Below, in pieces: positions 56,874-64,000 of a stretch of 64,000 nucleotides of DNA. The translations under genes and the position numbers were made by a program. The stretch lies in the sequence record LC667451.1; one strand, written 5' to 3'. The notes beneath the pieces are model-generated. The model was given only the letters and a program-made list of their open reading frames with translations. It was not told the origin of the DNA and did no database searches. Each line of letters opens with the position of its first letter. Position 1 is the stretch's first letter.

Positions 56874-58799
56874 TTACCAGCGGCTGCCGAAGTTCGAACG
56901 CCAGCCGCCGCCTTGCGAGGCGCCGCCACCGAAGCCCGAGGAGAACAGGCCGGTAGCGCCCGGAGCCATGAGCAGGCCGTTGGCGAACTGCGCCGTCGCA
57001 CGCTCTTGACCAGCGATGTCGCCGAACGGGTACTGGGCACGCAGTTGCAGGCCGGTATCCAGGCAGCCCTTCGCGAGAGCTTCCATGAAGTCACCTGCCA
57101 GCGTTGCGCGGCGCGAGAAGCCCGTGAACGTTGCGTCGCCCACCAGCGCCTGGATGATAGCCTTGCGGCGTGCCAGACGTTGTGCTGCCGGGATCTGCAG
57201 ATTCACGAACGAATCGCTCCAGTCCTTGATAACCGACGGGTCCTTCTCGCCGATCATGTTCGCGACTGCCAGGTAGTCGATGTTGCGGATGTCGCACTTG
57301 CGACCGTTGCTGTCGACGTACCAGCCGTTGTGGATACGCGTCTGGTTGTCGAATGCGACGCGGCCCGAACCCTGGTAGTTCTTGCCGAAGTTGCCGTTCG
57401 TCAGATGCTGCGCGGCTTCGATGATGAACGCATTGGCGCGGCTGTTGCCTTCCGCGGCTGCTGCGAACACCGAGTTCGACCACGTCGACGGACCGCATTC
57501 CGGCACGTCGATGGACATGAGCAGACCCGGACGCACGAATGCTTGCAGGATCTTGTTCAGCGTGCCTTGCTGCGCGAAGCTGTCCGACTTCGTGTCGATA
57601 CGCGCGCCGATGCCGTTCGGGTTGCCTTCCGGATTCGCTTCGATACCGATTGCACCGATGTCGTGCATGTCGATGCCTTGCGAGTACGGACGCGGTGCGA
57701 AGCCACGAGCCCACGCATTGCCGTCACGCAGCATCATGGCCTGCACGAGCGCGAACAGCTGCGCCGGAACGGTCATGAGCTCGACGCATTCGAGGTGCGT
57801 CATGATGAAGTGCGTCACGTACAGCGGGCTGAACTGCTGTTGTTGCTGGCCCCAGTTGCCGTACGGGTTGCCTTGCGGGTTCACCGGGTCCCAGACCAGG
57901 TCCAGGAAGCCGCCGACCACCGACACCTTCGTTGCGCGCGCGTCCGCGTTGGCGCCCGTACCTTGCTGAGCCGCCGTAGCGATCAGTTCGATGAGGACGT
58001 CGGTACGGATCGGTTCGCCGACCGGGTCGACCAACTGGTCGTGGTTGAACTGCACGCGTGCCGTCAGGTTCGAGTCCTTCGCTGCGCCAGCCAGGTTCAG
58101 ATCGTGGAAGTCCGAGCGACCGCGGTCGAGTTCGTGCGCGTCGGCGAACAGCGAGTTCGCAGCCAGCTGGTACACGAGCGGTTCGTCCGCCATGTTGAAG
58201 TCACGCGGCACGACCGTTGCTTCTGCGTCGACCAGGCGCGCGCCAGGGAAGGTGCGCGACACGGCGTCGGCTGCGACTTCACGGAACTTGTCGTCCCACA
58301 CTTCGCAGTCGAGACGCATGATTTCGACGTTCTGGCCGTTGATCTGCTCGTACTTCGGCGGGAACGGCTCGCCCGAACCGGCGACGATCAGGGTGTGGTA
58401 CGCCACGCCCAGGTCCTGGCTATTGCGGTCGAACATGGCGACGATCAGCGCCGAGCGTGCGATTGCCGGGTTGTTGTTCATGTCGAGCGGGATGAGCTTG
58501 ATCTCGAAGGACGGGTTCGCGCCCTTGTAGATTTCGGCCAGCGCCTTCTCGAGCTTGACCAGCACTTCCGAGGCCGGGTTACGGCCCATGGGAGCGTTGG
58601 CCAGGCGGCCCATGCTGCGGAAGCTGAAGCCTGCCGGAGCGTCTTGTTGCGGAGTGCTCATGTTACCTCGTCCTTGTTGGGATTGCTGCTTTTCGTTACC
58701 GCGCGATGCGGAGAAACCGGCGCCCGTCGACTGCGTGCTGCCTTGGCCTGCGTTCGACGATTGGCCGTTCTGGTTGTTGTCGGGCGTTTCGATTGCCAT
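56874..58799 (-). CDS. chmA: Chimallin, major phage-nucleus shell protein
   Basis: 641 aa directly upstream of nvRNAP beta'; AYHTLIVA, YLAVAN, G-rich C-terminus; strong codon bias; own early promoter and terminator. Confidence 0.85.
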   Translation of the reverse strand: MAIETPDNNQNGQSSNAGQGSTQSTGAGFSASRGNEKQQSQQGRGNMSTPQQDAPAGFSFRSMGRLANAPMGRNPASEVLVKLEKALAEIYKGANPSFEIKLIPLDMNNNPAIARSALIVAMFDRNSQDLGVAYHTLIVAGSGEPFPPKYEQINGQNVEIMRLDCEVWDDKFREVAADAVSRTFPGARLVDAEATVVPRDFNMADEPLVYQLAANSLFADAHELDRGRSDFHDLNLAGAAKDSNLTARVQFNHDQLVDPVGEPIRTDVLIELIATAAQQGTGANADARATKVSVVGGFLDLVWDPVNPQGNPYGNWGQQQQQFSPLYVTHFIMTHLECVELMTVPAQLFALVQAMMLRDGNAWARGFAPRPYSQGIDMHDIGAIGIEANPEGNPNGIGARIDTKSDSFAQQGTLNKILQAFVRPGLLMSIDVPECGPSTWSNSVFAAAAEGNSRANAFIIEAAQHLTNGNFGKNYQGSGRVAFDNQTRIHNGWYVDSNGRKCDIRNIDYLAVANMIGEKDPSVIKDWSDSFVNLQIPAAQRLARRKAIIQALVGDATFTGFSRRATLAGDFMEALAKGCLDTGLQLRAQYPFGDIAGQERATAQFANGLLMAPGATGLFSSGFGGGASQGGGWRSNFGSRW

Positions 58800-58875
58800 A
58801 GTGCTATTCCTTGTTTCGGTATTATGTTTAACACACTCGAGTGTGTACTAGAATGAGCGGATCTCGGTTCCAGCA

Positions 58876-58900
58876 CAAGTTAGTGATATGTGCCTGTATT
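58876..58900 (-). promoter_or_regulatory. Early promoter for chimallin
   Basis: Minus strand ATACAGGCACATATCACTAACTTG. Confidence 0.65.
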
Positions 58901-58916
58901 TCTTTTGAATCAGCTA

Positions 58917-59531
58917 CTAGCTTACGTAGCTTCCTTTCCAGCCCTTATGATGCTTCCGGCGTCCTGCAAAGACATCGTACATTCCGGTTGCTGAGAGCCC
59001 GTGCTTCTGACAGAACTCAAATAGGTTAGTCCCCTGATGCTCAGTCCCGTCTGGAGCAACCATGACAAACGTTTTAGCAATAGCCTGCGCTTGTCGTGCA
59101 TGTCCTGGGTCTGTCAACTTGGTTTTGCCTACTTTGGCTTCCGAACTTTTACGATAACGATCGGAGGTGTCTTTTGTCTGGCCAATCATCTCGTCACCGC
59201 GCCTGCGGTATCCGTTGATGTGTCGACCATTCTCAAAACGTTCCTTATGATTCTGCTCGACCGTAATAAAACGACAGCTTTCTTCGGTATAGTTTCCCAC
59301 GTCTCCGACACGACCCAAGACATGTTGACCTTTCCGACGCCCAATACTAGACGGTTCGGTAAGACCAGCATTAACAACTTTGTCAAGGTATTGTGAAAAC
59401 GTTAATACCGAATCGAGATCACGTGCGCGAGCAGCCTGAAGATGAAGTGAGTACTTCGTAAACCATTCTTCGGCTTGTTCGGCAGGAAATCCCTTCTCTA
59501 CAACTACAGCTATCTTTTCTTGCAGATGCAC
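58917..59531 (-). mobile_element. Free-standing HNH-like homing endonuclease gene with C-terminal NUMOD1-like HTH
   Basis: RVGDVGNYTEESCRFITVEQN beta-beta-alpha-metal-like motif; FEFCQKHGLSATGMYDVFAGRRKHHKGW tail; visibly AT-richer than flanks. Confidence 0.7.
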
Positions 59532-59556
59532 GATTACACCCTATCCTCAACTATGA

Positions 59557-59582
59557 CAAGTTGGTGATATATGGCTGAAAAC
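59557..59582 (-). promoter_or_regulatory. Early promoter for the HNH gene
   Basis: Minus strand TTTCAGCCATATATCACCAACTTG; near copy of the chimallin promoter. Confidence 0.6.
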
Positions 59583-59628
59583 ATTCACATTTTCACTAGC
59601 TTGTGCTGACGCAGCATCAAACCTCGCT

Positions 59629-59670
59629 CATAGGGGGGTCCTCTATCCGGTGGGTAAGACCGGATAGAGG
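59629..59670. terminator. Perfect 11-bp hairpin upstream of the HNH promoter
   Basis: CCTCTATCCGG-9 nt-CCGGATAGAGG with CATA flank. Confidence 0.65.
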
Positions 59671-59745
59671 TAAAGACAACGGCAAAGCTGTCTCTATAAC
59701 ATACGCATATTCCGCGTAAGTTTTTACTGGGGTACTACATGTGCG

Positions 59746-60276
59746 TTAGTGCAGCTGGCGACGTTGCTTGCGCGGCAGGCGAGCTTGTTCGCGAATGCGG
59801 CGTTCTTCCAGCTGCTCCGGCGTGTAGGCCAGGTTCGTGGTGAAGCGATCGTACGGAACGACCAGATTCACGAACACGGTACCTTCGTCATTGCGTGTGA
59901 CGCGCAGATTGCCGGTGGTGATGCCGTGATACCACTGATGCTCGTTCAGGCGCGCGATCGAGAGGTCGTTGTCGAATTCCTTCTTCTCGGCAATGATCAA
60001 CTCGTAACGCACCAGCGCCCAGTCGACTTGACGGAACGTCGTCGGATACGGACGTTGTGACAGGAAACGCATGAAGTACTGTTGCTTCTGGAAGTTCAGA
60101 TACGCTTCCTGTTGCGCAGCACGCTGCATCGCTTCCGTGACTTGTTCCGGCGTTTGCTCCGGATTCGCAGCCAGCCCTTCAGCCGTGACCTGTGCGAGTT
60201 CTTCTTCGCTCATCACGTCGTCCAGCGTCGGCACCTTCGTGCGTACGGTTACTTCTTCTTGCAGTTGTTCTTCCAT
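59746..60276 (-). CDS. Hypothetical protein with basic C-terminus
   Basis: Likely ATG 60276 (TAATG overlap); ends RLPRKQRRQLH. Confidence 0.65.
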   Translation of the reverse strand: MEEQLQEEVTVRTKVPTLDDVMSEEELAQVTAEGLAANPEQTPEQVTEAMQRAAQQEAYLNFQKQQYFMRFLSQRPYPTTFRQVDWALVRYELIIAEKKEFDNDLSIARLNEHQWYHGITTGNLRVTRNDEGTVFVNLVVPYDRFTTNLAYTPEQLEERRIREQARLPRKQRRQLH

Positions 60277-60761
60277 TAAGTCCACCGATCACGTTTTCTG
60301 TTCTTGGGTAATGCCGGACGACGCGAGCTCTTTCCAGGGTTGTTCACCTTAAAAACGGGCATAGCGTATTCGACTTCTGCCAAGCTGGGGAGCTTAGCGT
60401 CACTTCTCATGGGATGAGTTAGGCCAGTTATTTTTTCCTGGATTTCCCGTTCACTCATCCCACGATTCTGGAGTTCGCCGCGCAATTCCTCGGGCGAAGC
60501 AATCACGATAAGCGGAAGTTGGGCAGCCCGAATCTTCTCGATCACGTGAGGTGCATGCAAGGAGTGTCCCACGTACAGAATTGGCAGATCCCGCCAAGCG
60601 CCCTTGTGCTGCGCAGTCAACTCCATCACCGGCGTGCCATCAGGCAGCTTTAGTGTAATGGATTCGCCAGTTTGATCAATCGGTTCAGTGAGGGGCTTAG
60701 TCATTTCCCGCAAGGAATCGATAATCTCCTCGGTACTCCCTCTGAGTTCGCCTATTCCCAC
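60276..60761 (-). CDS. Hypothetical protein with basic C-terminus
   Basis: Ends RRPALPKNRKRDRWT; start uncertain. Confidence 0.6.
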   Translation of the reverse strand: MGIGELRGSTEEIIDSLREMTKPLTEPIDQTGESITLKLPDGTPVMELTAQHKGAWRDLPILYVGHSLHAPHVIEKIRAAQLPLIVIASPEELRGELQNRGMSEREIQEKITGLTHPMRSDAKLPSLAEVEYAMPVFKVNNPGKSSRRPALPKNRKRDRWT

Positions 60762-61075
60762 CAGTTCCTCCGCTTGTATTGGGAAGCCGTTTGTGCACCG
60801 TGCTTCTTCTTTTTCTTGGCACGACGCTCTTCACGATTACGGGGATCGATCATCGGCCCGTGATTCATGTTGGTGTACGTCCTGGTACCGGTATCCTCGC
60901 CGATGTTCCCGTACAGGGTGACGGTACTGGTATCGCTGCCCGCATGCGCAACCGCTGCTTGCAGTGCTGCAATTTGCATCAGGGTACGCATAGGGCTACG
61001 TCGACCACTACCTGGGGAATAGTGACCGATGGTGCCGACATTCACGTGCGGCTTAGTGCGTTCGAATTTGGGCAT
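60752..61075 (-). CDS. Small protein (107 aa) with an EF-Tu N-terminal peptide and a basic C-terminus
   Basis: ATG 61075 in TGATG overlap; MPKFERTKPHVNVGTIGH...; no GTPase P-loop. Confidence 0.8.
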   Translation of the reverse strand: MPKFERTKPHVNVGTIGHYSPGSGRRSPMRTLMQIAALQAAVAHAGSDTSTVTLYGNIGEDTGTRTYTNMNHGPMIDPRNREERRAKKKKKHGAQTASQYKRRNWWE

Positions 61076-61341
61076 CACCAAGGTCCGATCAGGAAGAGGC
61101 AGGCGAGCGGGATAGCCAACACCAGGTAAATGAGACAGACCCAGGCTTCCTGTTTGCGCTTCTTCGGATTCGTGTGGCGGGTCTCGAAGCGATTATCCAC
61201 TTCGTAGTGACCAAAGCTAACGCGCCGTGTTTCGGTAATCAGCGTCGTTTCACGGAAACCTTCGAAATACATCATGAAGTAAAACGCGCTGCCGAAATAG
61301 AGGAGAAAGGCGAGTGTTCTCGCCAAACCGAGCCAAGGCAT
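61075..61341 (-). CDS. Small two-helix membrane protein (88 aa)
   Basis: ATG 61341 in TGATG overlap; hydrophobic N- and C-terminal segments. Confidence 0.65.
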   Translation of the reverse strand: MPWLGLARTLAFLLYFGSAFYFMMYFEGFRETTLITETRRVSFGHYEVDNRFETRHTNPKKRKQEAWVCLIYLVLAIPLACLFLIGPW

Positions 61342-61613
61342 CAGGATTCCTTCGGTGTGGGGTTGGCACAAGACTTACAGGTCATGCGGCGCTTGTAGCC
61401 CAGGAAGTGATGACGGCAATGCAGGCAGATGCATTCGTACATGCCGTTCTCGTGCGGAAAGTCTTCCGGCCAGTTACGGGCAAACGAGCCCGGATGCTGG
61501 CGATTGAATGCCGCCACAATGGCGCTATCCAGTTTGCTACGGTCTGCCTGTAGGCCTGCTACGGTAGCAGAGGCTTTAGCCGCCTCGGGGCTCGGTCCGA
61601 TCTCTTGACTCAT
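61341..61613 (-). CDS. Small Zn-finger protein
   Basis: NWPEDF.HENG.Y.CIC.HC...F.G.KRR..C.SC. Confidence 0.65.
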   Translation of the reverse strand: MSQEIGPSPEAAKASATVAGLQADRSKLDSAIVAAFNRQHPGSFARNWPEDFPHENGMYECICLHCRHHFLGYKRRMTCKSCANPTPKES

Positions 61614-61834
61614 GCTGCTTCTCGTTCTTGGTATCGTTCTAGTGTTGCTTCCGCTTCTTCCAGTTCAGCCCGAATGGCAGCGACACGAATGCGCGCTTCT
61701 TCGACTGTCCAGGCTTCCGCACCCCGTTGGGCCTCATTCACGATCCGGGACAGGTTGTGCTGAATGGCGCGCACGCCTTTCTCGCGATCCTGTTTCCATG
61801 ATGGTGCCCAGCTTTTGGTTGGTCTCTTCGCCAC
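61610..61834 (-). CDS. Small hypothetical protein
   Basis: 74 aa; GAGG RBS; ATGA overlap. Confidence 0.6.
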   Translation of the reverse strand: MAKRPTKSWAPSWKQDREKGVRAIQHNLSRIVNEAQRGAEAWTVEEARIRVAAIRAELEEAEATLERYQEREAA

Positions 61835-61845
61835 AACCCCACCTC

Positions 61846-62235
61846 TTACAGCGGCGCTTGTTTCTTCAGATAGTCAACGACCCGTTGCAGGGCTGTCGGC
61901 ACCCCACGATCACGCGCTGCCGGATTGCGCATCACCACCACCATGTAGGGCAAGAGCTTGTCACCCAGATCACTATCCGCGATGTCGCAGGTATAGATCG
62001 AGGTGTTCGCATCGGGCGTACCCGACACGATGTCACGTGCGACAGCGTAAGCCCGTGCAATATACGGCAGCGTGGCGCGGTCTTCCGGACCAATCAGACT
62101 GGACTGCGAACGAATGAGCGAAGCCCAGCCGCCGAGAATACCAACGCTCAGGACCAGATTGCCGCGATCATCTGCTGCGCGTTCTTGATCGAAATTCATT
62201 TCTTTCTCCGACGTTCTTTCTTGGGAGTATTCCAC
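61846..62235 (-). CDS. Hypothetical protein
   Basis: 129 aa; start uncertain (internal ATG likely). Confidence 0.55.
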   Translation of the reverse strand: MEYSQERTSEKEMNFDQERAADDRGNLVLSVGILGGWASLIRSQSSLIGPEDRATLPYIARAYAVARDIVSGTPDANTSIYTCDIADSDLGDKLLPYMVVVMRNPAARDRGVPTALQRVVDYLKKQAPL

Positions 62236-62444
62236 CAGTCACGTTGGCGACTGTACTTGGTATCAAAGATGTTGGGCTTCGGTACCGGTTCGGTTTCAGC
62301 ACAGACGTAAGAACTGTTGCGCAGGGTTTCCACAATCGCAGTGCTAACCGTGGTGCCCGGTGTCACAATGACCGTAACATTGGTCACTCGAGCCGACTCT
62401 TGCGCAATGATCCGTGCGTCCATATCGCCTACGATAGCGATCAT
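62196..62444 (-). CDS. Small protein with basic C-terminus
   Basis: Ends KYSRQRDWWNTPKKERRRKK; ATGA overlap. Confidence 0.6.
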   Translation of the reverse strand: MIAIVGDMDARIIAQESARVTNVTVIVTPGTTVSTAIVETLRNSSYVCAETEPVPKPNIFDTKYSRQRDWWNTPKKERRRKK

Positions 62445-62617
62445 TCCACAATCCCTTCAAAGATCCAGCGTCGCATGGCGCCTTGCTCGGCTGCGCGGCG
62501 CTGGAGAGCACCTTTCTGATAACCACTGACGGATTGGGAATTCCCTTTCGCCGTGGCATTTCGAATTCTGACACGATTCTTGATCGTCGTGCGTTTGACA
62601 ACATTCACCCCGAACAT
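62441..62617 (-). CDS. Small basic protein (58 aa), absent from the ORF track
   Basis: Manual translation MFGVNVVKRTTIKNRVRIRNAT...RRWIFEGIVE; GAGG RBS; ATGA overlap with the next gene. Confidence 0.6.
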   Translation of the reverse strand: MFGVNVVKRTTIKNRVRIRNATAKGNSQSVSGYQKGALQRRAAEQGAMRRWIFEGIVE

Positions 62618-62625
62618 CGCAGACC

Positions 62626-62811
62626 TCAGTGTGTACTAATGTAGAAGATCAACCAAGCCACGACTGAGATCAGGCTACCCATCACCAGGAAGCCAGCGGC
62701 CGCGATGCTTTGAAAAGGCACCCGCTCAGGACTCAGCAAGACCGAGAGTGGGATACCCACGCAAATCACCGTAATCCAAATCGGAATCCAGTACGCGTGA
62801 AACGAAATCAT
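62626..62811 (-). CDS. Small membrane protein
   Basis: 61 aa, two hydrophobic helices; GAGG RBS. Confidence 0.6.
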   Translation of the reverse strand: MISFHAYWIPIWITVICVGIPLSVLLSPERVPFQSIAAAGFLVMGSLISVVAWLIFYISTH

Positions 62812-62853
62812 GCCGGCCTCATCGTATGCTTATTTGACTAACAGGACGTTTCT

Positions 62854-63987
62854 ATGCACGGCCTTTTTAATTTGCTACCTGGTGTGAATGTTCCCACCAT
62901 GTACGCGGCGAACTGGCACTATGCCAGAGACGGTCTCAGGCACAACCTGAAGAAGGTCGTGGAGTTTTACCGCTACCATTCGATGGCGGTGGAGAGCGAA
63001 CACTTCCTGATCCGTCTACTGCAGTCGATCGCTGTGGGAAAACACACGGAGCTCCACCGGTACTACGACATAATGGACTCACTGTCATTGAATCTCGGCA
63101 TGGCGTTAAAAATGACTTCGCCTATTTCGCGGGGTCATCCGTTTAAGGGCGTGTTCTATCACGGCTGTACCGAAGTTCTGATCGCTGAAAACGCGGACTT
63201 CGATGTGGAAGCTGTGGACAAGAACTGGGAGAACGTACAAGCGATTCGTGTGCTGCGTCATCCGCGCAGCGATCTGATGCTGAACCTCCCGGATGGTAAG
63301 AAGACAGGGACGGAAACGGGCATTGCCGTGATCGCGATTAATATCCCGATGCTGGCTGTGCAATACCGGGCGTTTCGCTTACGTGAAGATGCGTATAGTG
63401 AACGCACGGGTGAACCCGGTCGAACGATCCAGCAGTTTGTGCACATGCACGTACTGCCGAACATGCTCTACAGTCACTTCGACTACGTCATGTTCAACCG
63501 GATCTACAATCTGGAGCGCGGGATTCCGATGGGTGAGGGCAAGGCGCATCCGTTCTATATCACGGACTTCTCCCTGAAGTTGAATGCGGTACAGGCCACC
63601 ATCCTGGCGAACCTGCAGGCTGTGGGGCAAGACTTCACAGGGATTTTGCGCAGCATTCCTGCGGTCACCAAGGAAAGCCTGAACGAGGTGATGACCGTCC
63701 CTGACATGGCACAGACGATTCAAGTGGTCTGGGCGCTGGCGCTGTCACGCTTTCCGGCAATTCAGCTGATGGTGGATCTGTCTGAGGGTGGTAACCAGGC
63801 GGGGGCAAACGTCCGTAACCAACAGCAACTCAATCTGTTGGTGCAGTCAATTCGGATGTATAAGACAGGCACGTATTTCTCGAGTGTGTTGCAGGGTGAA
63901 GATCTCAAGCTGGTCAACGGCGAGATCGACGACCTGATCGAGAAGATTCAAGAAGTGGGTGGCACATCCATGGTCACACCGGCATAA
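62854..63987 (+). CDS. Conserved virion structural protein (gp52-like position)
   Basis: 377 aa; AGGA RBS; divergent from the early cluster. Confidence 0.6.
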   Translation: MHGLFNLLPGVNVPTMYAANWHYARDGLRHNLKKVVEFYRYHSMAVESEHFLIRLLQSIAVGKHTELHRYYDIMDSLSLNLGMALKMTSPISRGHPFKGVFYHGCTEVLIAENADFDVEAVDKNWENVQAIRVLRHPRSDLMLNLPDGKKTGTETGIAVIAINIPMLAVQYRAFRLREDAYSERTGEPGRTIQQFVHMHVLPNMLYSHFDYVMFNRIYNLERGIPMGEGKAHPFYITDFSLKLNAVQATILANLQAVGQDFTGILRSIPAVTKESLNEVMTVPDMAQTIQVVWALALSRFPAIQLMVDLSEGGNQAGANVRNQQQLNLLVQSIRMYKTGTYFSSVLQGEDLKLVNGEIDDLIEKIQEVGGTSMVTPA

Positions 63988-64000
63988 AGCGGAGCCTGCC

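Noticed and set aside
56913-58856. 647-aa plus-strand ORF over chimallin
   Set aside because: Antisense shadow ORF without an RBS or motifs.
59532-59745. Self-splicing intron around the HNH gene
   Set aside because: Flanking genes are complete with their own starts and stops. Only isolated hairpins were seen, with no recognisable group I core.
60752-61075. Real EF-Tu gene or tuf pseudogene
   Set aside because: Similarity ends before the P-loop. The rest is an unrelated, intact, translationally coupled ORF, and no tuf fragments are visible in other frames nearby.

Overview
64 kb of a GC-rich nucleus-forming jumbo phage (Chimalliviridae, phiKZ-like), roughly collinear with phiKZ gp101 down to gp52. 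phiKZ gp numbers are assigned from gene order plus remembered motifs, not from a database search. Left part (1-22.8 kb): virion module with baseplate/tail proteins and paralogous internal head proteins carrying S/A/G-x-E maturation sites. Middle: exonuclease-containing half of the split family B DNA polymerase, early accessory genes, a modular muramidase endolysin, a virion RNAP beta' piece, a possible tail-chaperone gene pair and two tandem macrodomains. Right part: the core nucleus/early block (SF2 helicase, three nvRNAP catalytic subunits, gp68-like specificity subunit, PicA-like importer, SSB-like protein, SbcD-like nuclease, chimallin), a free-standing HNH-like endonuclease with its own early promoter, and a translationally coupled cluster of small basic proteins. 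The most striking observation is a 107-aa protein in that cluster whose N-terminus (KFERTKPHVNVGTIGH) is a 16-residue exact copy of the EF-Tu N-terminus, fused to unrelated sequence. Other leads: an intact plus degenerate DarG-like macrodomain pair, a terminator-bounded DUF6527-like cassette beside the baseplate gene, a WG-repeat tail on the PicA-like protein, a candidate -1 frameshift, and a recurrent CATA-hairpin-TATG intergenic element. No tRNA, rRNA or CRISPR array was seen.
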